IMG/VR virus record: IMGVR_UViG_3300025707_000004
Source: a virus
Direction: 5' to 3' (one strand)
Length of the DNA stretch: 64,000 bases
Below, one piece after another: positions 17,820-27,377 of the stretch (its first letter is position 1; each line of letters opens with the position of its first letter). A program made the position numbers and the translations under genes. Below the pieces are notes generated by a model. The model was not told the origin of the DNA and did no database searches. It saw only the letters and a program-made list of their open reading frames with translations.

Positions 17820-19423
17820 TGAGTCCTTCTTCCTCGACTTCCTCGTTTGAGCCGCCCGACGCGAGTACCGGTAGGCCCGGCAGGGACAGCATCCTCTTCA
17901 GGCGCCGTAGCGTATACGGCTCGGCCCTCCGCCCACGAGCGAAGGTTCTCCAGTTTCTCCTTCATCGTCCGTGAGATAGGCACCACTACTGTTTGGGCAG
18001 CGATGATGTCGTTCTCGTTGAACTCACGGCTCTCAGCAAAGGCGGAGAACATGGCGCTCTCGATGAGGGTCTCTATCTCCGCCCCCGTGTAGCCCGCGCT
18101 CTTCTGAGCGAGGAGGTCGAGGTCGTAGTTCCCCCCATCCCGCCCCCGAGCACGGAGGTGAATCGAGAGAATCTCCTTGCGCTCGACGGTGTTGGGGAGG
18201 TCGACGAAGAAGATGCTGTCGAAGCGACCAGCGCGCAGGGCTTCAGGCGGTAGCTTTGACACGTCGTTCGCCGTGGCCACCACGAACACGGGAGAGGTCT
18301 TCTCCTGCATCCACGTCAACCATGTGCCGAAGACGCGGTCCGAGGTACCTCCGTCCCTCTCCCCGCCGCCGCTGCCCATACCCTTCTCAAGCTCATCCAC
18401 CCAGAGCACACAAGGGCTGATTACCTCAGCAAGCTGAAGCGCCTCACGGAGCTGCTTCTCGGACTGTCCGAGGTAGCTGCCCATGATTTTGCCCAGGTCC
18501 AGTCGGACCACGGGGAGGTTCCACTCGCCGCCGATGGCTTTGGCTACCCAACTCTTGCCACCGCCGGGAACCCCGACAAGTAGCAGCCCCTTGGGGAGAG
18601 GCAGCTGGTATTCCCTCGCTTCTTGCGAGAAAGCAAGCTTCCGCTGCCCCAGCCAGCTCTTGAGGGTGCCCATGCCACCCACGGACTCAAGACCGTTCAA
18701 AGAGTCCCAAAACTCAAGGAACCCGCTCCGCTTGATGATGCCCTTCTTCTCTGCCGTGATTATCCGCGGGTCGAAGCGGCCGGTTGAGCAGAAGCTGCTG
18801 GCGAGGGCGTTACCGACCTCATGAATAGTCAGACCCAGTGAGGCCCCGCTGACCTCCCACACCTGGACGGGTGTTAGCTCAAGTTCTTGGCTGTCCCCGT
18901 ACATCGTCACGATGTCGGTCAGCTCTTCACGGGTTGGTAGGGGCCAGTGCATGACCGTGACGGTCTTCTCTAGCCGTTTGGGGATGTTCACCTCAGCGTC
19001 AACGATGATGATGCTGTGGGGCAACCCCTGCGTCGATATCTTCTGCGCTATATCTTTCAGCTGCCGGAGGATTGGGTAGGCATTCCCGGTAGTAAGGAAA
19101 TGGCAGAAGTCCCTCAGTATCCAGACCCACGCATCAACCTGCCCACCACTCGAATCGAGGCGGGAGTTGATGTACTGCAGGGCACCTACTGGGGACTTCA
19201 CCGAGTTGTCGTCAACGGCCTTATCAGGCTCGGGGCTGTACAAGGTCTGCACAGCTTGGCTCAACGACCAGCGGACCACGGCCGTGCGGCCGTTCTCCAC
19301 CTCGTCTCCACTCCTTATGTGTTCGAGGATGGCTGCCTCGACCCGGTCCTCTTCGTGCGACTGAATCGCGAGGACCGGGTACGCAGCGTCGAGATACACG
19401 CCAAGCTGTTCTTTGGCGCTCAT
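17816..19423 (-). CDS. Ycf46-type AAA+ ATPase (degenerate N-terminal plus active C-terminal AAA domain)
   Basis: GVPGGGKS Walker A, LWVDELEK Walker B, TAND, RAGRFD. Confidence 0.9.
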   Translation of the reverse strand: MSAKEQLGVYLDAAYPVLAIQSHEEDRVEAAILEHIRSGDEVENGRTAVVRWSLSQAVQTLYSPEPDKAVDDNSVKSPVGALQYINSRLDSSGGQVDAWVWILRDFCHFLTTGNAYPILRQLKDIAQKISTQGLPHSIIIVDAEVNIPKRLEKTVTVMHWPLPTREELTDIVTMYGDSQELELTPVQVWEVSGASLGLTIHEVGNALASSFCSTGRFDPRIITAEKKGIIKRSGFLEFWDSLNGLESVGGMGTLKSWLGQRKLAFSQEAREYQLPLPKGLLLVGVPGGGKSWVAKAIGGEWNLPVVRLDLGKIMGSYLGQSEKQLREALQLAEVISPCVLWVDELEKGMGSGGGERDGGTSDRVFGTWLTWMQEKTSPVFVVATANDVSKLPPEALRAGRFDSIFFVDLPNTVERKEILSIHLRARGRDGGNYDLDLLAQKSAGYTGAEIETLIESAMFSAFAESREFNENDIIAAQTVVVPISRTMKEKLENLRSWAEGRAVYATAPEEDAVPAGPTGTRVGRLKRGSRGRRTQ

Positions 19424-19438
19424 CTCTGTTGGTGGGCT

Positions 19439-20740
19439 CTACTCTGCGGCCTTGCTGCTCCGACGCAGCTTGCGCTTGGCCGGGGCAGCGGGCGCCGCCT
19501 CTTCGCCAGCCGGTGCAGCCGCCTCGCTCGCGGGGGCAGCGGCGTCAACCTTCTTGGCCGAACGCTTGCGCGGGGTCTTCTTCGCGGCCTTCTTCGTGGT
19601 CTTCTTCGCGGCGACCTTCTTGGGCTTGGCCTCCTTCTTCGGCTTCGGCTTCGGGATGACCGCGAGGTCGATGTCGTCCGTCACGCCGTAGACCAGCGCG
19701 TTCTCATCGCAGCCCATGTTGAACCACGCCAAGGTCGCCAGAATGGCCTGCCGGCGGTCGTCGTCCATGTCGGTGTAGCAGGCGTCGGAGGTGAGGTCCG
19801 CGGCGAACTTCGCCACCTCACCCGTGGTCCGCTTCGTCTTGGCCTTCTCCACGATGTCGCGAGCGGCCTTCTTGTCGGAGGTCAGCTTCGCCAGCGCGGC
19901 CTTCTGGGCCGTGCGGTTCGGCGTGCCGTCCTTCTTGAACATGTCCTTGCTACTGGCCACCGCGAGGGCCTGCTTCAGGGTGATGGACCCGTCACGGATG
20001 GCGTCGAGGTACTCCGGCAGCGTCTTGGACGCGACCTTGTGGTACTGCGACACCGTCGCCTGGGACTTCGCCAGCAGCGCACTCACCTGGGTCTGGGTCC
20101 GCCCACCGGCGAGCAGCTTCTCCGCACCGGAAATCTCCGACGCGAGGTTGAGGCCCGTGCGAGCGAGGTTCTCGGCGAGGTTGAGGTCGTGCGCCCAGCC
20201 CACGACGTCGGGGGTCAGCTCAGTGGCCTCGGTGAAGACCACGGGGACATCGTCGTACTGGAATTCGATTTCAACGGTGATGACGCCATCCCCGTTGCGG
20301 AAGAGGTACGTCTCGTCCTTCTCCATCTCGCCGATGGTTTCGTCGGCGACGCGCTGGTTGTGCTCCGCAATCATCCGGCGCAGCGTGCGCAAGCCTGCGA
20401 CGCGCTGGAAGCCCGCCACGAGGTGGATGGACTCGATGATGGCGTTGTCGTCGTCGTCGACCATCACCTCGCCGTCGTCACTGGTCTGCACGACCGTGAT
20501 GACCTGCGGCGGGGAGATGAGGTGCTGGCTGTGGCCGGTGCCAGCTTCCCAGACGCTGCGCGCCAGGGACTCGGGGGCGGTCTCACCACCGCGGAGGTTC
20601 TCGATCTTGTCGGTCTCGATTGCGTCCAGGGGCACCCACATCTGGTCCATCGACGGGCCAGAGGACTCAGCCCCCGTGCCAGCGGCGGGAACCGGGGCTG
20701 CGGCTTCCGCCGAGGCGGTGTTTTCGGTCTGCTCACTCAT
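19439..20740 (-). CDS. ParB/Spo0J-family protein with Lys/Ala-rich tail
   Basis: AGFQRVAG (GxxR), AENLAR, HTH 'TQTQVSALLAKSQATVSQY', DGSIT. Confidence 0.8.
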   Translation of the reverse strand: MSEQTENTASAEAAAPVPAAGTGAESSGPSMDQMWVPLDAIETDKIENLRGGETAPESLARSVWEAGTGHSQHLISPPQVITVVQTSDDGEVMVDDDDNAIIESIHLVAGFQRVAGLRTLRRMIAEHNQRVADETIGEMEKDETYLFRNGDGVITVEIEFQYDDVPVVFTEATELTPDVVGWAHDLNLAENLARTGLNLASEISGAEKLLAGGRTQTQVSALLAKSQATVSQYHKVASKTLPEYLDAIRDGSITLKQALAVASSKDMFKKDGTPNRTAQKAALAKLTSDKKAARDIVEKAKTKRTTGEVAKFAADLTSDACYTDMDDDRRQAILATLAWFNMGCDENALVYGVTDDIDLAVIPKPKPKKEAKPKKVAAKKTTKKAAKKTPRKRSAKKVDAAAPASEAAAPAGEEAAPAAPAKRKLRRSSKAAE

Positions 20741-20889
20741 TGTAGGAATGGTCCTTTCTGACCTGTTCAAGTGCGTCAGGGGCGGCGTGTTTGCCCCGAC
20801 GTCGAGCACTCTAGCAGGTGGTTTCGCGGTCAGCGAAACAAAAATTATTAGCGGCTAATAGGGACCGTGGCTAGCTGCCATGTGTACTT

Positions 20890-22345
20890 TTGGAGGGTTT
20901 AGAGGGGTGACCACAATTTTGTGGTCGGTGTTCTGAATGATTCCGAGTAGTTACGCCCCTTCAGGGCTAGAGGTTTTAGAGGCGACCACAACTTTGTGGT
21001 CAGCGAAGTCAATGATTTCAGGCACTTAGCTGCATTAGTTGCAGTCTGCAAGTGACCACAAGGTTGTGGTCACCCCTTGGGTGTGTTCGCCCCGTCGCGC
21101 TTGCGCCTCTTTATAGAAGCCAGCCTAGTTCTGGCCGTGTTTACGTCCGCAACTGGCTGTATTTCGCTCTTAATTCGGAGGCTTCTGAGGGTGGAAACGT
21201 CCCCTCTTATCTCAAGTCCTTGTTCTTTAAGGCGAATCTCCACAACACCCAAACGAAGGACCACGTCATCTGCCTCGACGGTGAGGAAGCGCAGCGCGGG
21301 GTAGCTCTGGGCCAGAACCCGCAGCTCCCCGGCGAGGTCGGCCACCATCCGTGCGTCCCTCGAAGAGGACGCAAGTTCTGTCTGCCTTATTGCTTCTACC
21401 TGCAGGTTGATGAGGTTTACGGCATTTACTCGCCCAAGCAGCGCAGCTATCTGGTCAAAGGAGGATTTCATCTGCAGACGGTCTGCGAGACGTAGCGCTG
21501 CGAGGGCGTGAGCGAAGCGCCCCTGCAAGTCTGAGATACCTGAGATGAGTTGTACTCTCTCAGCTTCTAGCTCAGTAATGTTAGTTTCGGTAGCCGCTAT
21601 CACTCCCTCGTCAGCAACGGGCGTTAGCCCGAGAACGGTGCTCCTGACGTTCCGTGCATCTGCCAGCCAGTCAGAGAGTAGGCGCTGCAGGGCCTCCGCT
21701 TCGCGGAAGAACACCCCCGCGTCGTAGACCAGCTCCTCAGCCTCCCAGAGGTACTGGTCAAACATACGTTGTCTGAACGTAGTGAACTGCTCAGGAGAGA
21801 GTGTGAAGTCTTGTAGAGCAGAGAGGAAGTTGGTGTAGAGGCTGGGGACCAGGACCACTGCCGGGGGCAGGGTCTTGTAGGTGTTCAGTTTCTGGAGCCC
21901 CGCCCACACCTCTGGGCAGGCGACGCGGTAGGGCAGGTGCACGGCTACCAGCCGCGAGGCTGGAATGTGCGTCCACTGCAGAATCCGCCCCGTATCCTTC
22001 GTTGAAAGCGAGCCCTCTTCCCAGTACGTATCGTCAGTTGGGTCGTAGAACTCTATTTCTGGAGGCCGTTTTAGGACAGAACTGCGACTGATTTTGATGT
22101 GAACGGTGTCCGGTTTCGAGGGAGAAAGGAACGAAAACTCACGATGGGGCATTTCTCGTCCCAGGTGTGTGCGGGCTCTGGGGGTGACCACAACCTTGTG
22201 GTCACCTCTAATACTTCTACAACGGGCCTAAGTATGCAGAATCATTAGAGGTGCTGACCACAAAATTGTGGTCACCCACAGAGTGTGTACGGCTAAGTAC
22301 CTGAAATCATTGAACGTGGTGACCACAATGATTTGTGGTCACCAC
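20890..22345. mobile_element. Inverted-repeat-bounded cassette with 3+3 GACCACAA-N2-4-TTGTGGTC palindromes
   Basis: Palindromes at 20909, 20984, 21054 and 22186, 22256, 22321; perfect 25-bp IR at 21052-21076 and 22181-22205. Confidence 0.55.
21070..22152 (-). CDS. Hypothetical coiled-coil protein inside the IR cassette
   Basis: ATG at 22152; stop codon lies within the left IR; codon usage more AT-rich. Confidence 0.6.
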   Translation of the reverse strand: MPHREFSFLSPSKPDTVHIKISRSSVLKRPPEIEFYDPTDDTYWEEGSLSTKDTGRILQWTHIPASRLVAVHLPYRVACPEVWAGLQKLNTYKTLPPAVVLVPSLYTNFLSALQDFTLSPEQFTTFRQRMFDQYLWEAEELVYDAGVFFREAEALQRLLSDWLADARNVRSTVLGLTPVADEGVIAATETNITELEAERVQLISGISDLQGRFAHALAALRLADRLQMKSSFDQIAALLGRVNAVNLINLQVEAIRQTELASSSRDARMVADLAGELRVLAQSYPALRFLTVEADDVVLRLGVVEIRLKEQGLEIRGDVSTLRSLRIKSEIQPVADVNTARTRLASIKRRKRDGANTPKG

Positions 22346-22368
22346 GCTCTGTGTGGGTCAAGCCGGTA

Positions 22369-23085
22369 TTAGCGGCTAATACGACGACCCTGGTAGGGCG
22401 GGTAGGTGATGGAGTGCCTCTTGAGGTATTGCGTCACCCCGATAGTGACGCTGTAGGACGCGACCTGAGTGTCCGCGTGGGCATTCCACGGCCCGGTGGT
22501 GTGGGCGCCTTTGATGAAGCGGTTCGCGACATCGCTGGGATTGATGACTGGGACCACCCCGGCGTGAACCAGGGCGTCTGCGAGCCATTGAGGGCAGCTG
22601 AGGTCTCGCAGATCCTCAAGCTGGTCAGATGAGAGCACGCCCTCCGCCACGTCGACATTGACCTGGAGGTATGAGCTGAGGGTCTTTCCCAGTACTGCTG
22701 GGCCCTGAGCGCTCTTGTTCGTTGCGTGTGCCATCAGCGCCTGCCAGAAGGTCGTGAACAACCTATCCTTGGCACCGCGGTTGGTGGCTCTGGTCTCTGT
22801 GGCGTTATTGGGCGCCCAACCCCCGCTGAGCACATAGCTCAACGCACGGGGGCCTATCATCATGGCGTCCGGCTTCATGATGATGACTCCCCGAGCCCGC
22901 GCGAACCCCCGTTTGTCCAGGGGCACCCCCATGTACACGGCCTCCCCGTCGAGCACGCTCCTTACGAAGTGTATGTCGATGGGGGGAAGCCGCGCGCCTT
23001 CTCTGTCCTCCGGGAAATACCGGAATTCAAAGGCGGGGACGATTGCGGAGCGGAAGAGCGGCTCCAGCTCAACTTCTATGGCCAC
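22369..23085 (-). CDS. Hypothetical protein, last gene of the Ubl operon
   Basis: Starts 4 nt after the ThiF stop. Confidence 0.6.
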   Translation of the reverse strand: MAIEVELEPLFRSAIVPAFEFRYFPEDREGARLPPIDIHFVRSVLDGEAVYMGVPLDKRGFARARGVIIMKPDAMMIGPRALSYVLSGGWAPNNATETRATNRGAKDRLFTTFWQALMAHATNKSAQGPAVLGKTLSSYLQVNVDVAEGVLSSDQLEDLRDLSCPQWLADALVHAGVVPVINPSDVANRFIKGAHTTGPWNAHADTQVASYSVTIGVTQYLKRHSITYPPYQGRRISR

Positions 23086-23088
23086 CGG

Positions 23089-23778
23089 CTAGTCGACCGA
23101 GATGAGGAGGCCAGCGGGGTTGAACAGCGAGAAGTTGTAGCGCTGATACAGCTTCTCCTGCTCGCCAAGAAAGGCGCTGGTGACGTACCCCGCCAACGCG
23201 GCACCGATCATCATCCCGCAGAATGGGGTGTTGCGCTCGGTGCAGGGCAGCGGGGAGACGCCGGTCGCGTCGAACGACAGCGGGTACCGCTCGAAAACCC
23301 CCTCCGTGTCCTCCATCCAGGCCGCGTGGATGGAACCGTGCCGAGCACCCATCCGGGCATCCAGCACCAGCTCGGTGGCGGGCAGAAGACACGCCTGCTC
23401 GAACACCTGCTGCCGGACTGCCAGCGAGTCGACCGCGGGGATGATGTAGCTGGTGCCCTCCGGCACCTGCTCCTTCGACTCGAACTTGTCGACGACCGGC
23501 TTGATTTCGACGCCGAGAGTCGCCCCGATGCCCTCGTATAGTGCCTCGACCTTGTCCAAGCCTACGTCACCAAGGCCGTACCCCTGCGGGTAGACGTTGA
23601 CGTTGTCGACCACGTCAAAGTCCATCACCGTGACGTTCTCGAATCCGGTGCGGACCAGCGCCCGGACCAGCCAGCTCCCGATGGACCCCGCCCCGATGAC
23701 CAGGATGCCGTGCTCCTTGGCGCTCTTGACGTCGAGCACTGTGGAGTACCGCGCGTGGTAGTTGGGTTCTTCGCTCAT
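23089..23778 (-). CDS. ThiF/E1-like ubiquitin-activating enzyme
   Basis: ILVIGAGSIGS, DFDVVD-N, KVEAL, AVDS, DARMG, candidate catalytic Cys in 'PLPCT'. Confidence 0.9.
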   Translation of the reverse strand: MSEEPNYHARYSTVLDVKSAKEHGILVIGAGSIGSWLVRALVRTGFENVTVMDFDVVDNVNVYPQGYGLGDVGLDKVEALYEGIGATLGVEIKPVVDKFESKEQVPEGTSYIIPAVDSLAVRQQVFEQACLLPATELVLDARMGARHGSIHAAWMEDTEGVFERYPLSFDATGVSPLPCTERNTPFCGMMIGAALAGYVTSAFLGEQEKLYQRYNFSLFNPAGLLISVD

Positions 23779-25361
23779 GCCGTTGCCTCCTTGGTGGTCT
23801 TCTTCTTGGTGGTCTTCTTCTTGGTGGTCTTCTTCGGAGGCACCGCCGTGACCTCCCCCGTCTCCGCGTCAACAACCTCCTGCAGCTCCAGCGGGGGCTC
23901 CGGCTCGGGCGTCGGAGGCTGAGTGGCCACCTCACCCCGAGGCGCCCCAAGCTCGGCCCAGCCCTCCGCTTCGAGGCTGTCCGGGACGATGGCAACGAGG
24001 CCGTACTCGTTGTCCTTGAGTTGGTCTAGGGCCTTCTTCCCACCAACACCCATCCAGATGCTGATGGTCGTCTGCCCCGCGCGGACGCGGAGGTTCTTGG
24101 AGAGGCAGCCGGTGGCCATGTACTCCGGCGGGCGCTTCTCCCACATGATGCCGATGGGCCTCGCTTTCCAGAAGCCGCCGGCCATGTTCGCCTCGGTCCC
24201 GTCCATCGCCTTGTCCACATCGTGGAGCACGCGCCGACCGTGGACGGACGCCCCCGCCATCCACCAGCCGCTCGCGTCGTCGTAGGTGCACTGCACCCGC
24301 TTGTACTCGCTGGCGACGATGATCTCGAACTCGGAGTCGGTCTGAGACCAGCTGAGGACTGACCCGCGCTCCTTGGCCTGCTTGCAGAAGGCATCGAGCA
24401 GGTGCCACTCGTCGACACTGTTGGCCGCGAGGCTGGTTTCCTTGACGGCTTTCTCCAGCCCCTCCAGGTCCGAGGGCTTGAGGAAGCCTTCGTAGTAGAG
24501 GACGTGGGCCATGTAGGGCAGAGTTTCCCGAAGGTCGATGGCCGACTTGCTGCGCGCGTTCGCAGACCAGCTCAGCAGGACCGCGAGGTCTGCGGGGAGG
24601 TGACGCTGGGAAGGACCACTACTCCCGCCGTGCCGAGCCCGATGTGCTGCCACCAGCCCGTTCATCGACTGGGGCCAGTAGCTGCTGTCGTCATCGTCTG
24701 TGAGCCCGAGCCGCCGCGCCGTGGCGTGGTTGTAGGCGGGACGAGCCCCAGGGGTCCCGTGGTTCTTCTGCTTGTAGACCGTCACGGGGGCAGTCCCGTA
24801 GCTGGCCTGCTCCTCCAGGGTGATTTGCGCCCAGCTGAGTTCCGACGACACGTCCACGTCGATGGAAAATTCGAGCTTCTCCCCGACCGTGAAGTTCAGC
24901 CCCATGTAGAAGATATCCAGGCGGAGGTAGTAGTCCGCCTTCAGGATGGGCTTGCCGGCGAAGTACTTCGCCGCCACCTTCTTGTTCAGCACGAGGCTGT
25001 ACTGGATGTCCCACTCCAGCTTCTTGGCGGTCGCGATGTCAGTGCCGCTGAAGAAGCACTCCATGACGTCGTGGCTGTGGCCCCACACGACGAGCCGCTC
25101 CATGGTGTACCCGGCGGACTCGCACAGAGCCATCACGTCCTTCGTGTCGAAGATCGTGCTGACCCGGGTGTTTTCCTGCTTCGGGACGATGATGTCCACG
25201 ATGAGCCGGGCATCGTTGGGCGCGCAGACGCATGCCCAACTGCATTCACCGTTGGAGGTGCGGACCAGCTGCATCATCCGATCCATGACCTGCTGCTTGA
25301 ATCGGAGGGGAGGCAGGGTGAACTTCAATTCGGCCGCTGTCGCGGTTTTGGTTCCGCTCAT
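23775..25361 (-). CDS. JAB/JAMM metallopeptidase with long C-terminal extension
   Basis: E (GEC)...WGHSH...FFSGTD JAMM motif. Confidence 0.85.
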   Translation of the reverse strand: MSGTKTATAAELKFTLPPLRFKQQVMDRMMQLVRTSNGECSWACVCAPNDARLIVDIIVPKQENTRVSTIFDTKDVMALCESAGYTMERLVVWGHSHDVMECFFSGTDIATAKKLEWDIQYSLVLNKKVAAKYFAGKPILKADYYLRLDIFYMGLNFTVGEKLEFSIDVDVSSELSWAQITLEEQASYGTAPVTVYKQKNHGTPGARPAYNHATARRLGLTDDDDSSYWPQSMNGLVAAHRARHGGSSGPSQRHLPADLAVLLSWSANARSKSAIDLRETLPYMAHVLYYEGFLKPSDLEGLEKAVKETSLAANSVDEWHLLDAFCKQAKERGSVLSWSQTDSEFEIIVASEYKRVQCTYDDASGWWMAGASVHGRRVLHDVDKAMDGTEANMAGGFWKARPIGIMWEKRPPEYMATGCLSKNLRVRAGQTTISIWMGVGGKKALDQLKDNEYGLVAIVPDSLEAEGWAELGAPRGEVATQPPTPEPEPPLELQEVVDAETGEVTAVPPKKTTKKKTTKKKTTKEATA

Positions 25362-26598
25362 AACGCGTCTTGAGCCTTTCGAGTAGGCCGCCCAGATTCT
25401 GGGTCAGCTGGAGATTCGTGTCGGCCGACCCGAGGAGGTCGGGAAAGATGGGCTGCCCGCAGATGCCTTTGGCGTCTGGAAACGGGTTGCCCTGTCGTTT
25501 GGCTTCGGTTCGGAGGCAGTTGGTGTGCGCCACTGTGGGGGTCTGCCCGGGTTTGGGAGAAGGGAGTGTGTCTGCGCAGACAAAACAGCGCGGTGTGCGG
25601 CAAGCGTTCGCGGTGTGTGGCGCCCCACGACCACAGGGACATTCGTCCTCGTCCGTGTGGCAGTCCGTCCAGTTGCTCAGCGCAAGGTACGGGTCCGCGT
25701 GGTTGTAGTGACTGAGTAGGTGGCAGACCAGGATGGCCGCGTCCAACCACCGCCCGTCAGACATGTGGTCTAGCAGCTCTGACGAGCCGGTGCTTCCACA
25801 GCAGAGGCTGCCCCCGCTGTTCGCATGTGGCATGAAGTAGTCCATACCGGCGGTCAGAAGGTCGACGGGCTCGTCAATAAAGGGAGTGATGTACGCCCCC
25901 GCGTGCCGAGAGACATTCCCCTGGTTCAGTCGGATGCGCACGGAGAGCCGGGGGAAGTAGGTATCAATGGGCCACGTACCATCCTCCGAAGTTTCCGCCC
26001 AGGTGCGTGTGATGCGCTTGGTGCGGAAGGACACTTCCAGGAAGGTTGGCCGGTCGATGACGGTGATTCCAGCCCGGCGGTCGATGAGGGCCAGGAAGTA
26101 TCCGACGTTCTCGTCTTCCTCGGGGTAGGGCATACCCGCTTCGATGCGGGTCTTGAGGGCACCCAGTCGCTTCGCAACCTTTGCTTGGTTGCTGTTGTGC
26201 CGCTGGAGCAGGTTCAGGGCGTGCCTGTGTGCCTGCTGGTTCTGTAGCAGTTGGGTATGGGCGTCACTAAGGTTGCTGGCCGCCCGCTCTCCGTCACGCT
26301 TGGCGGTCGATACGCGTTGCTGCAGGGCAAGTACGTCAGCGTCCGCAAGCGCCTTTTGTTCGAGTGCGGCTTCCTTGGCGACCTTCGCCGCCGCGATGGC
26401 TTCTTCTCCGTCGTCGGTTTTCACCATCGCGTCGGCGATAAGATTGGGAAAGGCGTCAGCTTCCGCTTGGAGGTTGACGACCATGCGGGTGAGCCCGGTG
26501 CCCGCCTTTTTGGCGGCGGTATTGTAGCGGTCAACGAGGGCCTGCACGACCTCGCGGTCAGTTGCCCCCGCATCTAAGCCAATGAGGCCGATGCGCAA
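25246..26598 (-). CDS. E2-like conjugating enzyme with N-terminal coiled coil and C-terminal Cys/His-rich domain
   Basis: AAGGAG RBS plus TTG start; MPHANSGGSLCCG resembles E2 HPH...G.ICLG; YNHADPY. Confidence 0.65.
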   Translation of the reverse strand: MRIGLIGLDAGATDREVVQALVDRYNTAAKKAGTGLTRMVVNLQAEADAFPNLIADAMVKTDDGEEAIAAAKVAKEAALEQKALADADVLALQQRVSTAKRDGERAASNLSDAHTQLLQNQQAHRHALNLLQRHNSNQAKVAKRLGALKTRIEAGMPYPEEDENVGYFLALIDRRAGITVIDRPTFLEVSFRTKRITRTWAETSEDGTWPIDTYFPRLSVRIRLNQGNVSRHAGAYITPFIDEPVDLLTAGMDYFMPHANSGGSLCCGSTGSSELLDHMSDGRWLDAAILVCHLLSHYNHADPYLALSNWTDCHTDEDECPCGRGAPHTANACRTPRCFVCADTLPSPKPGQTPTVAHTNCLRTEAKRQGNPFPDAKGICGQPIFPDLLGSADTNLQLTQNLGGLLERLKTRYERNQNRDSGRIEVHPASPPIQAAGHGSDDAAGPHLQR

Positions 26599-26617
26599 AG
26601 GTATCTCCTTCAAATAG

Positions 26618-26644
26618 AAAAAGGGCGCGGTTTCCCGCGCCCTT
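26618..26644 (-). terminator. Intrinsic terminator between the Ubl and E2 genes
   Basis: AAGGGCGCGG-GAAA-CCGCGCCCTT hairpin then TTT on the - strand. Confidence 0.75.
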
Positions 26645-26676
26645 CTAGTTACCGGTGAGGCAGCGGGAAGGGGCTC

Positions 26677-27099
26677 TTAGCAGCCGCCCTCCACCTTCTG
26701 CGACACCTGAACGCGGAACGTGCCCGCGGAGAGGGTTGTGGTGTTCGAGGCCATCGTCGAGGACATGTCCGGCCTGATGACGGAGACCTCGCGCTCGCTG
26801 ATGTTGACGTTGTTGTCCGCCAAGAGGCGGAACAGGTTCACCCCGGCTTCGGCCTCGACCTCGAACTTGCGCTTTCCGGCGCGGTCGATGATGACCCGGG
26901 ACGCGCCACCGCTGCCGCCACCGCTCGACACAGCGGCGGTCGTGGTGTTGGCCGAGGTGAAGCGCGACAGGTCCTCGATCCACGCGGAGATGCCCGTCTT
27001 GCTGGTCCAGGGCGACGCGTAGGCCGCCTTCTGGTCGCGGTCCATGGCCTTCAGAGCGGCCTTGGCGTCGGAGGGGTCGAGGTTCTTGAGGTTATCCAT
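26677..27099 (-). CDS. Ubiquitin-like (beta-grasp) protein ending KVEGG-C
   Basis: Helical N-domain, SSGGGSGG linker, beta-grasp-like pattern, di-Gly plus one residue; adjacent to E2, JAB and E1. Confidence 0.75.
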   Translation of the reverse strand: MDNLKNLDPSDAKAALKAMDRDQKAAYASPWTSKTGISAWIEDLSRFTSANTTTAAVSSGGGSGGASRVIIDRAGKRKFEVEAEAGVNLFRLLADNNVNISEREVSVIRPDMSSTMASNTTTLSAGTFRVQVSQKVEGGC

Positions 27100-27377
27100 T
27101 TTCTGAGTTCTTTCTCTGCTGCGGCTGCGGTTTCACCCTGCAAGCTGAGCATGTACGTGTACGTCGGGGGGGAAGTGTCTGTGGTTGTAAGCACGGCCGT
27201 CAATGGCGCATCTTCGTTCAGGACTTCTGCGGTGTGTACCAGTCCCCCATAGGTCAGGCGTGCAAGTCCGTCAATAGTGACCGACCTGCGGATGAGTTTC
27301 AATGTGCGACCCGGGCCAACCCCGAGAAGCGATGTGGTCTTGAAGGGAAGCAGTCGATGGGCGGTTACGCCGTGCAT
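27051..27377 (-). CDS. Hypothetical protein
   Basis: Fills the operon gap. Confidence 0.4.
   Translation of the reverse strand: MHGVTAHRLLPFKTTSLLGVGPGRTLKLIRRSVTIDGLARLTYGGLVHTAEVLNEDAPLTAVLTTTDTSPPTYTYMLSLQGETAAAAEKELRKWITSRTSTPPTPRPL

Noticed and set aside
20909-22340. CRISPR array from regularly spaced palindromes
   Set aside because: Only three units per side, in inverted arrangement; the spacers resemble each other; no cas genes.
23089-27099. Thiamine/molybdopterin biosynthesis (ThiF-ThiS)
   Set aside because: No ThiG, MoaE or sulfurtransferase nearby; E2-like and JAB neighbours favour protein conjugation.
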